Assembly: GCA_963707505.1 (NCBI GenBank)
Contig: CAVPQB010000004.1
Location: forward strand, 928,001-992,000
Reading direction: 5' to 3'
Length of the DNA stretch: 64,000 nucleotides
Origin: an uncultured Gemmatimonadales bacterium
Lineage (GTDB): Bacteria > Gemmatimonadota > Gemmatimonadetes > Gemmatimonadales > Gemmatimonadaceae
Below are positions 10,371 to 19,768 of this stretch, piece after piece. Positions within the stretch are counted from its first letter, which is position 1. Each line of letters opens with the position of its first letter. The position numbers and the translations under genes were made by a program. The notes under the pieces were generated by a model. That model ran no database searches and was not told the origin of the DNA. It worked only from the letters and a program-made list of their open reading frames with translations.

Positions 10371-12002
10371 ATGACTGATGCAGTCCGCATCGTCGAGCTT
10401 ACCGCCGACGAAGAACCGACGGCGGTCCTCGAGCCGATCGTCAGTGAATACGAGCCCAGGAAGGGCGCCGAGCATCGGTATATCATTGCGTTCGCCGTCG
10501 TGCTTGCCGCGATGATGCAGGTGATCGACAGCTCGATCGTGAACGTCGCGCTTCCGGACATGATGGGCAATCTCGGCGCGAGCCTCGACGACATTGCGTG
10601 GGTGTCCACCGGATATCTGCTCGCGAGCGTGATCGTAATCCCGCTGACCGGCTTTCTCGGCGATCTGCTGGGGCGCAAACGGTACTTCGTAGGCTCCATC
10701 GTTCTGTTCACCGCGGCGAGCTTTTTCTGCGGGGCGTCGCATTCACTGGGCGCACTCGTCATGTGGCGCATCATTCAGGGAGTCGGCGGCGGCGCGTTGA
10801 TGACCGTTTCGCAGGCGGTGTTGTTCGAGTCCTTTCCGCTGGAAGAGGCTGGAATGGCCATGGCGCTCTTCGGGCTTGGCGTGATGGTTGGTCCCACGAT
10901 AGGGCCCACGCTCGGCGGCTGGCTCACCGACAATTACGGCTGGCCGTGGATTTTCTACGTCAACATCCCGGTGGGCATTCTGGCGGCAGTGATGATTGCG
11001 GGGTATGTCAACGATCCCGCACACCAGAAGCGACCGCGAGCGATCGACTATCTCGGAATCGCGCTGCTGATTCTGAGCGTGGGATCGCTGCAGTACGTGC
11101 TGGAGCATGGCGAGCGCGAGGACTGGTTCGCGTCCCACTTCATCTCCTGGCTCACGGTGACAGGTGTCGTCGGCGGGGTGCTGCTCATCTGGCGTGAGCT
11201 CACGACCCAGCATCCGGTGATCGACTTTCGCGTGCTCAAGCACCGGCAGATGTGGGTCGGCACCTTGCTCGGCGTGGTCATGGGAATCGGGCTGTACGCC
11301 ATGTCGTTCACGCTACCCGTGTTCATGCAGGGCAATCTGGCCATGACGGCGGAGCAGACGGGATGGATTCTGATGCCCGGCGCTCTTGCAACTGCGGTAT
11401 CGATGGCTGTGGTGGGACGGGTTACGAACAGGTTCGATCCGCGATTGCTGATCACGGCTGGCGCGCTGACTTTCGCACTCGCGGCGTGGAAGTTGTCGCT
11501 GATTACCGGTGCGAGCGGCGCAGCGGACTTCTTCTGGCCGTTGATTCTGCGCGGGGTGGGGCTTGGCCTGATGTTCGTTCCGCTGACGACCATCACGCTC
11601 GCAGAGCTCTCACCGACGGAGCTCGCGCAGGGAACGGGGTTGTACAACTTCTTCCGCCAGCTCGGGGGCTCGTTCGGGATTGCCGGTATCTCCACGCTGC
11701 TCATTCGCTATACGGCGCAGAATCGTGCGAATCTCGTGTCGCACGTATCGACACTCAATCCAATCAGCATGGCGCGCGTCGAGATGATGACGCGAGGCAT
11801 GATGGCGAAGGGAGCGGACTTCTGGACCGCGCAGAAGCAGGCGCTGTCGCTTGTTGACCATCAGCTCATGGCGCAGGCGAGTGTGCTCGCGTACGGTAAG
11901 ATCTATGAGTTGAGTGCGGCGCTCATACTGCTGCTCATTCCTCTATTGCTCCTCGTGCGGAAAACCAAGGGCGCTGCGGGTGCGCACGCGATAATGGAAT
12001 AA
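10371..12002 (+). CDS. DHA2 (EmrB/QacA) MFS efflux permease
   Basis: IDSSIVNVALP, GDLLGRKR, GPTIGPTLGGWLT..YGWPWIFYVNIPVG; about 14 TM. Confidence 0.93.
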   Translation: MTDAVRIVELTADEEPTAVLEPIVSEYEPRKGAEHRYIIAFAVVLAAMMQVIDSSIVNVALPDMMGNLGASLDDIAWVSTGYLLASVIVIPLTGFLGDLLGRKRYFVGSIVLFTAASFFCGASHSLGALVMWRIIQGVGGGALMTVSQAVLFESFPLEEAGMAMALFGLGVMVGPTIGPTLGGWLTDNYGWPWIFYVNIPVGILAAVMIAGYVNDPAHQKRPRAIDYLGIALLILSVGSLQYVLEHGEREDWFASHFISWLTVTGVVGGVLLIWRELTTQHPVIDFRVLKHRQMWVGTLLGVVMGIGLYAMSFTLPVFMQGNLAMTAEQTGWILMPGALATAVSMAVVGRVTNRFDPRLLITAGALTFALAAWKLSLITGASGAADFFWPLILRGVGLGLMFVPLTTITLAELSPTELAQGTGLYNFFRQLGGSFGIAGISTLLIRYTAQNRANLVSHVSTLNPISMARVEMMTRGMMAKGADFWTAQKQALSLVDHQLMAQASVLAYGKIYELSAALILLLIPLLLLVRKTKGAAGAHAIME

Positions 12003-12098
12003 CCGCATGCGATTGTCAAAGGCTCGGAAAATATTGATCACCGTTTTCTGACACGCCTGGTGCTGGTATCACGCCGTCGGCGCATGCATTGTTTGAGG

Positions 12099-13310
12099 AT
12101 GACCGGCAAGGCGATTATTCTGGTTCTGTTCGCGGTAGGCGCGCGAGGTGCGCTGGGGTTTGCGCAGGGCGCTGGCAATCCGGCTTTCGATCGTGGCGGG
12201 ACATTCGTTACCGTGCTCGGGCGCGACACCGTAGTCGTCGAGAGCTTCACACGCACCGGTAACAAGCTCGACGGCAATGTGGTCGTGCGCGTTCCGGGGA
12301 CGGTCTTGCTTCACTACGTTGTGGATCTGGCAGCCGACGGTACTCCGTCGCGCTCGGTGGTGGACATAACCCCGATGGGGACGTCCGAGGTCACGAGGAG
12401 ACGTGTAACGATCGACTATGCGCATGACTCGATCTCTGTGGACGTTGACTCGGCCGGGCATCACAGCAAGGGACATGCGGCGCTGAAGCAGCCGCCGTAT
12501 CCACAATTGGTCACGGGCTTCGGTCCGTCGTTCGGACTCTACGCGTCACCTGTCCTGTACGAGCTCTATGCGCCCCTTGCACGTGCGGCGGTAGGTGACA
12601 CGGTGCGACTTACCACGATCGATATCGTTCATGGCCGGCCGTTCAAGCGCGTATTCGTCAGGCGATCATCGAAGGAGCTGGATGCGGACTTCTTCGGCAT
12701 CGCTGCGACACGATTGACGCTTGATGCGGCCGGACGGATCACTGCGGGGGACGCGAGCGAAACTACAGAGCAGACGCAGATGACGCGCACAGCATTTGTC
12801 GACGTGTTGCCGATCGCGAAGCGATTCGCGGCCGCAGACCACGCGGGGAAGGGTGTCGGCGCGGTATCGCCGGAGGTGGTCGCGCGCACAAGGCTCGGCG
12901 GAGCGCCGGTGGTGGTCACGTACAGCAGTCCGCGGCGGCGCGACCGCGTGCTCCTCGGCAAGGTAATCCCGTACGGCAGCGTGTGGCGGACCGGCGCCAA
13001 CGCAGCGACGACGCTCCTCTTCGACAACAACCTGGACATCGGCGGAAAGAAAATCCCTGCGGGCGTGTACAGTCTGTGGACACTGCCCAGGAGCGACGGG
13101 AGCGTCGATCTCATCGTCAACTCGCAACACGGCCAGTGGGGAACGGACTATGACGCGTCGCACGATGTCGCTCACATCCCCATGACGGTCACGACGGCGT
13201 CGTCGCCGCAGGAGAACTTCGCGATCGCCGTCTCGGACGGCACACCAGGCACACTGCGCATGAGCTGGGGAAAGTTTGTCTGGAGCGTGCCGGTTTCGGT
13301 AGCGAAATAG
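12099..13310 (+). CDS. Secreted protein with C-terminal DUF2911-like domain
   Basis: YSSP.RR.R...IPYGSVWRTGANAAT, IPAGVYSLWTLP, QWGTDYD. Start uncertain. Confidence 0.75.
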   Translation: MTGKAIILVLFAVGARGALGFAQGAGNPAFDRGGTFVTVLGRDTVVVESFTRTGNKLDGNVVVRVPGTVLLHYVVDLAADGTPSRSVVDITPMGTSEVTRRRVTIDYAHDSISVDVDSAGHHSKGHAALKQPPYPQLVTGFGPSFGLYASPVLYELYAPLARAAVGDTVRLTTIDIVHGRPFKRVFVRRSSKELDADFFGIAATRLTLDAAGRITAGDASETTEQTQMTRTAFVDVLPIAKRFAAADHAGKGVGAVSPEVVARTRLGGAPVVVTYSSPRRRDRVLLGKVIPYGSVWRTGANAATTLLFDNNLDIGGKKIPAGVYSLWTLPRSDGSVDLIVNSQHGQWGTDYDASHDVAHIPMTVTTASSPQENFAIAVSDGTPGTLRMSWGKFVWSVPVSVAK

Positions 13311-13325
13311 CGGTGATGTGACAGC

Positions 13326-14057
13326 TCAGGGCGCAAACCGGTAGCCGGCCTTGCGCGCAGTGAGAATGTGGCGGGGTTCCGCGGGATCGGCTTCCAGCTT
13401 GTGCCGCAGCCGCGCGACGTGCTGATCGACGGTGCGAGACGTGAGGCCAGGTACGTAGTGCCAGACCTCGTCCATTACATGCTCACGGGAAATGATCGCG
13501 CCGTCAGCCCGAACGAGAAAGACCAGCAACTCGTATTCGCGCGGCGTCAGCTCCACCGCGATTCCGGCGCGCGTCACGGTGCGGGTCTTGAGGTCGATCG
13601 TAACGTCACCGAACTGAATATTCCCAGTTGATGCAGCATCGCTCGCACCAGGCGGCGTGCGTGGCTCGATACGGCGCAGCATTGCTTCCGCGCGCGCGAG
13701 CAGCTCGAGAACACCGACAGGTTTGACGACGTAGTCGTCTGCACCGCTTCGGAAACCCTGAACCTTGTCCACCTCGCCATCGCGTGCAGACAGGATCAGC
13801 ACGGCCGCCGTCCCGCCGTCGGCGCGAAAGCGGCGCAGCACGTCGAATCCGTTGACTTTCGGCAGCATGAGATCAAGAATCACCAGGTCTGGCGAGTGCT
13901 CGCCGAGCCACTCCAGCGCCACCTCTCCATCGGCGGCCCAGTGGACGTTGTATCCTTCGAATTCGAAGCTGGTGCGCAATCCGAGCGCGAGTGTCTCGCT
14001 GTCCTCTATTATGAGCACAGTGTGAGCGTGATGATCGTTCGCTTGAGATTCTGTCAT
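13326..14057 (-). CDS. OmpR/PhoB-family response regulator
   Basis: LIIED, DLMLP, GADDYVVKP, LTPREYELL, RTVDQHVARLRHKLE...GYRF; start MTESQ at 14057. Confidence 0.94.
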   Translation of the reverse strand: MTESQANDHHAHTVLIIEDSETLALGLRTSFEFEGYNVHWAADGEVALEWLGEHSPDLVILDLMLPKVNGFDVLRRFRADGGTAAVLILSARDGEVDKVQGFRSGADDYVVKPVGVLELLARAEAMLRRIEPRTPPGASDAASTGNIQFGDVTIDLKTRTVTRAGIAVELTPREYELLVFLVRADGAIISREHVMDEVWHYVPGLTSRTVDQHVARLRHKLEADPAEPRHILTARKAGYRFAP

Positions 14058-14062
14058 TGTGA

Positions 14063-15685
14063 TTACTCCGCGGTCCAGCGTGGGAGAAATACGGAGATCC
14101 GTGCGCCGGTGTCGGCGCCCTGCTGGATCTCCACGCGCCCGTGCATCTGCAGAATCAGCTCGCGCGCGATCGTCAGGCCAATTCCGGTGCCCGCGGTCGC
14201 GTCTTCCGGAGAATCGAGCCGGGTGAACGCTTCCCATACGCGCTCGCGATCCTTGGCTGGAATACCGGGGCCGGAATCCTCGACCCAGATCTGGACGTCC
14301 TGGGCGTCCGTCCGCACGCCGATGCGAATGGTCTGACCGTTCGGGCCGTATTTCACTGCATTATCGATGAGATTTACAAGCACCTGTTTGAGTGCGCCAG
14401 CGTCGCAAGCCGCGACAGCTGGAACGGCGTCGATCTCGATCTTCATGGAGCGAGCTGCCGCCAGCTGCTCGCAGAGCTCTGCGGAACTTGCGACCACCTC
14501 GGAGACGTCGACCGGCCCGAGCGCGATTTGCGGCCGGGTGGTGCGCACTACTGCGAGGACGTTGTCGGTGAGGCGGATGAGGCGTTGAGTCTCTGTCTCG
14601 ATCACTTCGATTGCCTTGTCATGCTCGTCCTGATTGCGTGCGCGCTTGAGTCGAAGAATCTGCACGAACAACAGGATGTGTTGCAGAGGTGTGCGCAGCT
14701 CGTGCGAGATGTTCGCAAGAAACATCTCTCGCGACTCGACAAGCCTGAACTCCCTGCGCATCATCGCAAGTGTCGCGATGGCAAGCACAATGCTGCCAAT
14801 CAGCAGGAGGAACGAGCCTGGGAGGCGCGAGCTCGAGACACCGCCAAGTACGAGTCGCCTGGCGACCTTTGGGCGGAGACCGACGGTGATCACTATCCCG
14901 CTGATCTGCGGCACTGTATCAGTGCCCAGCGCACGTACAGGAACGCTGTGTGATGGCGCCGCGTACAGAGTACGTCCGTGACTGTCCGCGACGAGAATAC
15001 TCAGGATCGAATCGGTCGGCATGCCTTCCGTAAGGAACGGCGGAACTATGCGTGCGACACGATGGACCAGTGCATAATCCCAGACATCGTATGTCCCGTA
15101 ACACGATCGGTAGCCGTACACCGCCCGTACATGACCCGCAGCGTCGCGAACTGGCGTGAAGGCGATCGCTTCCGGGAAGTCGGGAGAGTCGACGAACAGA
15201 TATCCAAAGTGCCAGGAGGCTATCTCAGGCGTGACTGCAAGCTTGGGTATGGAATCCCGGATTAGCTGCATCGCGGCTGGAATCGGCGTCCCGCCGATGA
15301 TGGTCAGGGCGCGCGAGGGGAGGTCCATCCTGAAGCGGTAAATCTTCCACAGTGGAGACCGCGCACACGTCTCGCCGGTGTCGGGAATCGCGGGAATGAC
15401 GGTCGGCGGCGGAAGGGGTCCAGTCCAGGGATCGTCCGGCCCGAGCTTGACGAAGGCTTGCAGCACGGTGCGCTCGCGCGCCATGAGATAGATCCGAGTG
15501 TCGTACAGATAGCTGGCAAAATGCGCGTACGCATCCAGCGTGCGCTGCGCGGCCTCACGCTGTGCGCGTGCGGATCGAATCGCGTCTCGTAGAGAGAGTG
15601 CAGCACCGCCGACGATCATCGCAAGCGTCACCCCCACGAGAATCGTCCGGATCTTCTTCAGTTTTGGCCGGGCGGTTACGAACAT
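14063..15685 (-). CDS. Membrane sensor histidine kinase
   Basis: Two TMs flanking a large extracytoplasmic domain; SHELRTPL, NLIDNAVKY, DSGPGI, GTGIGL. Confidence 0.93.
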   Translation of the reverse strand: MFVTARPKLKKIRTILVGVTLAMIVGGAALSLRDAIRSARAQREAAQRTLDAYAHFASYLYDTRIYLMARERTVLQAFVKLGPDDPWTGPLPPPTVIPAIPDTGETCARSPLWKIYRFRMDLPSRALTIIGGTPIPAAMQLIRDSIPKLAVTPEIASWHFGYLFVDSPDFPEAIAFTPVRDAAGHVRAVYGYRSCYGTYDVWDYALVHRVARIVPPFLTEGMPTDSILSILVADSHGRTLYAAPSHSVPVRALGTDTVPQISGIVITVGLRPKVARRLVLGGVSSSRLPGSFLLLIGSIVLAIATLAMMRREFRLVESREMFLANISHELRTPLQHILLFVQILRLKRARNQDEHDKAIEVIETETQRLIRLTDNVLAVVRTTRPQIALGPVDVSEVVASSAELCEQLAAARSMKIEIDAVPAVAACDAGALKQVLVNLIDNAVKYGPNGQTIRIGVRTDAQDVQIWVEDSGPGIPAKDRERVWEAFTRLDSPEDATAGTGIGLTIARELILQMHGRVEIQQGADTGARISVFLPRWTAE

Positions 15686-15787
15686 GGGGGCGATCCCGTT
15701 GGATCAATCAAGATACCACGGCTTGCCGGCCGCGCGCACTCGGCGATTGTATACGAATGATTCCGTACTATTCCGGCGTGTGCTGGA

Positions 15788-16288
15788 CTAACGGTCCATC
15801 GCAACGACGAGGGGGCCGACGACGAGCATGTGATGGACGAAGTTGACCACGAAGCCCGGCGACGCGATGGGGACGTGGTGCAGCTTCGTCATCGGAAATA
15901 CGACGTAGCACATGGACGACCAGATGATCGCACCAAGTAACGGCCCAACGGTTACGACACCGATCCACCCCTCCGCTGCGCGTTGCAGCGCAGTCCAGTT
16001 GCGGTAAGCCACGTAGTACAGCGTCGCCCACGCGAACGCCACCGCTGCGTGCATGGCGAGCCCGATCAGCATGCCTTCGGTGCCGAGCGCATATGCCTCC
16101 TTGCCGAGCAGCGCAGCCGCCACTCCCTGGAAGACCCGAGCGAACGACGGATGACCGAAGAAGAGAAGTCCGAGCAGATACGCGCTGAACCCGTCGACGA
16201 TTGCCAGTACGCAACCGGTTCTCACGACAGTGGTGAGATCGTCGCGGCGCGTTGACGGGAGCGCCAGTGATGCTGTGGACATCGTCAT
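15788..16288 (-). CDS. Four-TM hypothetical membrane protein
   Basis: AGGAGA RBS; hydrophobic segments with FQGVAAALLG, MH and HML motifs. Confidence 0.7.
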   Translation of the reverse strand: MTMSTASLALPSTRRDDLTTVVRTGCVLAIVDGFSAYLLGLLFFGHPSFARVFQGVAAALLGKEAYALGTEGMLIGLAMHAAVAFAWATLYYVAYRNWTALQRAAEGWIGVVTVGPLLGAIIWSSMCYVVFPMTKLHHVPIASPGFVVNFVHHMLVVGPLVVAMDR

Positions 16289-16413
16289 GACATTCTCCTG
16301 GTTGCGATGCTGCAAGCACTAAACAGTCGCGCGGCGCCGCGCACAAGCACGGCGCCTGTCAGGGAACGGTGACGGAAATTTTCCAAAGCGCCTGCGTCGC
16401 GCAGGCACCGAGC

Positions 16414-17721
16414 TCAACGCAGACTGCGGAACGCCCGCGCTGCTGCGTTGATCGTGTGGTCGGTCTCGGTTTCGCCGTGCTCTGTCGAAACGAACCACGT
16501 CTCGAACGCCGACGGCGGTGGAGAGACGCCGAGGTCGAGCATCGTGTGGAAGAAGGCGGAGTAGCGACGCGTGTCCGACGCGCGCGCATGTGCGTAGTCG
16601 GTCACCGGCCCGTCCGAGAAGAACGGTGTCAGCATCGTACCCATGTGCGGAACCTGGAGGCTCACGCCAGCGGTCGCCGCTTCGCGCGCGAGGCCCTTGG
16701 CAAGTGCGGTTGTCGCATCTGCCGCACGCTGCCAGACGCCAGGCCTCGCCAGCTCGCGAAGAACGGCGATTCCTGCCGCCATCACGACCGGGTTTCCGGC
16801 GAGCGTTCCCGCTTGATAAACAGGGCCGTCGGGAGCAATCTGTCGCATCAGGTCGGCACGGCCGCCGTACGCTCCGACAGGAAGGCCGCCGCCAATCACC
16901 TTGCCCAGCGTGGTCAGATCCGGCGCAATTCCGAATAGCGTCTGCGCGCCGCCCGGATGTACCCGAAAGCCTGTCATTACCTCATCGAAGATGAGCACGG
17001 CGTCGTACGCGGTCGTCTGCCAGCGCAGGACTTCGAGGAAGCCGGGCAGCGGTAGCACAACTCCCATGTTGCCAGCGATCGGCTCGACGATGACGGCCGC
17101 GATCTTGTGACCGTATTCCGCGAATGCGTTACGGACCGCCTCGACGTCATTGTACGGTAGCACCATCGTGTCACGAGTTGCTGCAGCTGGAACTCCGGGT
17201 GAATCCGGAAGTCCCAGTGTCGCGACGCCGGATCCAGCGCGCGCGAGAACCGAATCTGAGTGACCGTGATAGTTGCCGTCGAACTTGATGATGAGATCGC
17301 GCCCCGTCGCTGCCCGAGCGAGCCGAATCGCGCTCATGACAGCTTCGGTGCCGGACGTCACGAATCGCATTACCTGCATCGACGGCACGAATTGCTGAAT
17401 CGCCTGTGCGAGCTCGGTCTCCTGCGTGCTCGGCGCTCCGAAGCTCGTGCCTCGCGACGCAGTCTCGGTGATCGCGTCCAGCACAACTTGCGGCGCGTGA
17501 CCCAGAATGTGCGGACCATACGCGAGCACATAATCCACCAGGCGATTGGTATCGGCGTCCGTGACGTACGCGCCCTTGCCACTTACAATGAAACGCGGTG
17601 AGCCGCCGACGCCGTTGAACGCACGCACTGGCGAGCTGACTCCGCCCGGAAAGTAGTGTCGGGCGACATCATAGAGTCGCGCGGATTCTGAGGTATCTGG
17701 CGTCGTGTCGATCGATGTCAT
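16414..17721 (-). CDS. hemL: Glutamate-1-semialdehyde 2,1-aminomutase
   Basis: PGGVSSPVRAF, SGTEAVMSAIRLAR, YHGHSD, FDEVMTGFR, GKVIGGGLP; ATGA overlap with the upstream gene. Confidence 0.97.
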   Translation of the reverse strand: MTSIDTTPDTSESARLYDVARHYFPGGVSSPVRAFNGVGGSPRFIVSGKGAYVTDADTNRLVDYVLAYGPHILGHAPQVVLDAITETASRGTSFGAPSTQETELAQAIQQFVPSMQVMRFVTSGTEAVMSAIRLARAATGRDLIIKFDGNYHGHSDSVLARAGSGVATLGLPDSPGVPAAATRDTMVLPYNDVEAVRNAFAEYGHKIAAVIVEPIAGNMGVVLPLPGFLEVLRWQTTAYDAVLIFDEVMTGFRVHPGGAQTLFGIAPDLTTLGKVIGGGLPVGAYGGRADLMRQIAPDGPVYQAGTLAGNPVVMAAGIAVLRELARPGVWQRAADATTALAKGLAREAATAGVSLQVPHMGTMLTPFFSDGPVTDYAHARASDTRRYSAFFHTMLDLGVSPPPSAFETWFVSTEHGETETDHTINAAARAFRSLR

Positions 17722-18797
17722 GCGGCTTCCTCTTTCTGTCGTGCTGCAAGGTATGTCGCCGCTGACGCGCCGGCACGCTCGCCCGAACAAATGCAATCGG
17801 GGATTCCAATGCCGTGAAACGTCGACCCAGCTATGAAAATCCCCGGAGCCGCTGCGAGCGCGTCGCCAAGTGCTGTCACGTTCGCGTCGTGATCGGGTGG
17901 GTACACGGGGATTCCAGCCGGCCACTCGTACACCCGCGTGAATAGCGGCGTGGCAGTGACGCCTAGAGTAGAGGCGATCTCCGTGCGTATCAGTGAGACT
18001 GCATCGAGCCCACAGCCGCGAACATATCCACGCAGAAGGACAACCCCCCGCGGCGCATGAGTCGGATTCTTGGAAGACGTCCACGTGCAGGCGCTGACTG
18101 CGGACGACGGGTCCGTTACCAGATAGCCGGTGCCCGAGAGCGAGCACTGAACATCCTCAGCGTTCCACGCCATGGTTACGGTGGTCGTTGCAGGGTATGC
18201 GATTCCGTCCAGCGTCTCCGCCCCTTTTACTGCAAGCGATGACAAGAGCGTCATGGCTGCACGTGCGGGAACTGCAACGATCGTGGCATCTGCGCTCAGC
18301 GAAGTGCCGTCCGCGAATTTCGTGATCCATCGTCCATCAGCCGTGCCCTGGATCGACTCTGCGGCTGCGTTCGTGCGCACCGTAACGTCGCTCAGCGCTG
18401 CGGCAGCCACGTCGATCAGTTCCCGGACCCCGTTTCGGAAGCTCAGCAACTCACCGTCGAAAGTCGTCGATGATCGCCGAAGCTCGCCGTCCCGACGTTC
18501 GTATGTCGGCAAGTTGTCAGGATTCACACGAATCACGCGTGTACCGAGCGACAGAGCATCGAAGAGGCTGGTAGCGCGCAGCTTGTTCCCGATGCAAACG
18601 TCAGCACCACCATCGACCACGCATCCATCCACAACGTCGCCCGCGATCTTGCCGCCGAGCCGAGCCGCCGAATCAGCCAGCGTGATAGTGCAGGAGTCGT
18701 TCAGTGCACGAATGCGGAGCGCGGCTGCGATTCCCGCGATTCCACCACCGATGACAAGAATCTCTTGCGTTGCGGTTGTCTCGATACTGCCGGTCAC
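17718..18797 (-). CDS. hemY: HemY-type (copro/proto)porphyrinogen oxidase, internally shortened
   Basis: GGGIAG FAD motif, RLGGKI, GTGYLV, ACTWTSSK, GIGIPDCI; about 359 aa; GTGA overlap with hemH. Confidence 0.85.
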   Translation of the reverse strand: MTGSIETTATQEILVIGGGIAGIAAALRIRALNDSCTITLADSAARLGGKIAGDVVDGCVVDGGADVCIGNKLRATSLFDALSLGTRVIRVNPDNLPTYERRDGELRRSSTTFDGELLSFRNGVRELIDVAAAALSDVTVRTNAAAESIQGTADGRWITKFADGTSLSADATIVAVPARAAMTLLSSLAVKGAETLDGIAYPATTTVTMAWNAEDVQCSLSGTGYLVTDPSSAVSACTWTSSKNPTHAPRGVVLLRGYVRGCGLDAVSLIRTEIASTLGVTATPLFTRVYEWPAGIPVYPPDHDANVTALGDALAAAPGIFIAGSTFHGIGIPDCICSGERAGASAATYLAARQKEEAA

Positions 18798-19768
18798 ATC
18801 CATCCGGCGTCCTGAGCACGACGTGCGATGATCGATGCCAGCTGCCGCACGAATTGCGGATCGTCGTTCAGCGACGGCGGCCGTTCCAGGTGCATCCCAA
18901 GCTCGCGCGCGATACGCTGTGCGTCGATGTCGATGTCGTAAAGGATTTCGACATGGTCACAGACGAATCCTACAGGCACACTGACGATGTTGCGTATGCC
19001 GCGCGCGGCGAGCGCCGCCAGATGATCGGGGTAGGTGGGACCCAGCCATGGCTCGGGGCTGCGACCGGCGGACTGGTAGCTCCACGACCACCGGTCAGAC
19101 GGTATTCCCGCGCTCTGCGCAACGAGCTGCGCAGTCTCGTGAACCTGCGCATCGTATGGATCGCCAGCGCGAATGATGCGCTCGGGCAGGCTGTGCGCAC
19201 TGAAGATCACGTGCACCGAATCACGCTCCGCTTCGGGCCAGCGCGCGATGCCGGCGAGCACACGATCGGCAAGCGCGGCGATCAGACCGGGCGCGGTGTG
19301 ATAACTATCGACGTGCGCGAAGTCGATGTGCGTGTGGTACATCGAAAGCCCATCGGCAATCTTCGCCTGATAACGCGCGATGCTCATGCCGCTGAAGTGC
19401 GGTGCGAGGACCATGCTGACAGCACGGTCGATTCCATCGACGCTCATCCGGCCAACCGTTTCCTCGATCCACGGCGACCAGTGGCGCATCCCGACGTACA
19501 CGCGGAAGCGCTGCTGCAAACCGGCGGGATTGAGCGTGCGCTCGATACCGTCGGCCTGGCGCCGTGTCAGCTCGGCGATCGGCGAGCGGCCGCCTATCGC
19601 TTCGTAGTTACGTGAGATCTCAGCGAGTACGGCGGGCGTTGTAGGACGGCCATCGCGTATGTCCGCGAGATAGCCGGGAATCTCGGCAAGCGAGTCCGGT
19701 CCGCCGTACGCCATGAGCAGCACACCGATCGGTGCAGTTTGGGCAGCTTCGTCCGGCATGCGAGTCAA
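18794..19768 (-). CDS. hemH: Ferrochelatase (CpfC/HemH type)
   Basis: LLMAYGGP, GMRHWSP, FSAHSLP, QSAG..PEPWLGP, GFVCDHVEILYDID. Confidence 0.95.
   Translation of the reverse strand: MTRMPDEAAQTAPIGVLLMAYGGPDSLAEIPGYLADIRDGRPTTPAVLAEISRNYEAIGGRSPIAELTRRQADGIERTLNPAGLQQRFRVYVGMRHWSPWIEETVGRMSVDGIDRAVSMVLAPHFSGMSIARYQAKIADGLSMYHTHIDFAHVDSYHTAPGLIAALADRVLAGIARWPEAERDSVHVIFSAHSLPERIIRAGDPYDAQVHETAQLVAQSAGIPSDRWSWSYQSAGRSPEPWLGPTYPDHLAALAARGIRNIVSVPVGFVCDHVEILYDIDIDAQRIARELGMHLERPPSLNDDPQFVRQLASIIARRAQDAGWM

Noticed and set aside
758..16300. Genomic island integrated at tRNA-Pro
   Set aside because: No integrase and no duplicated tRNA 3' end were seen, and there is no obvious compositional break; only accessory-like gene content.
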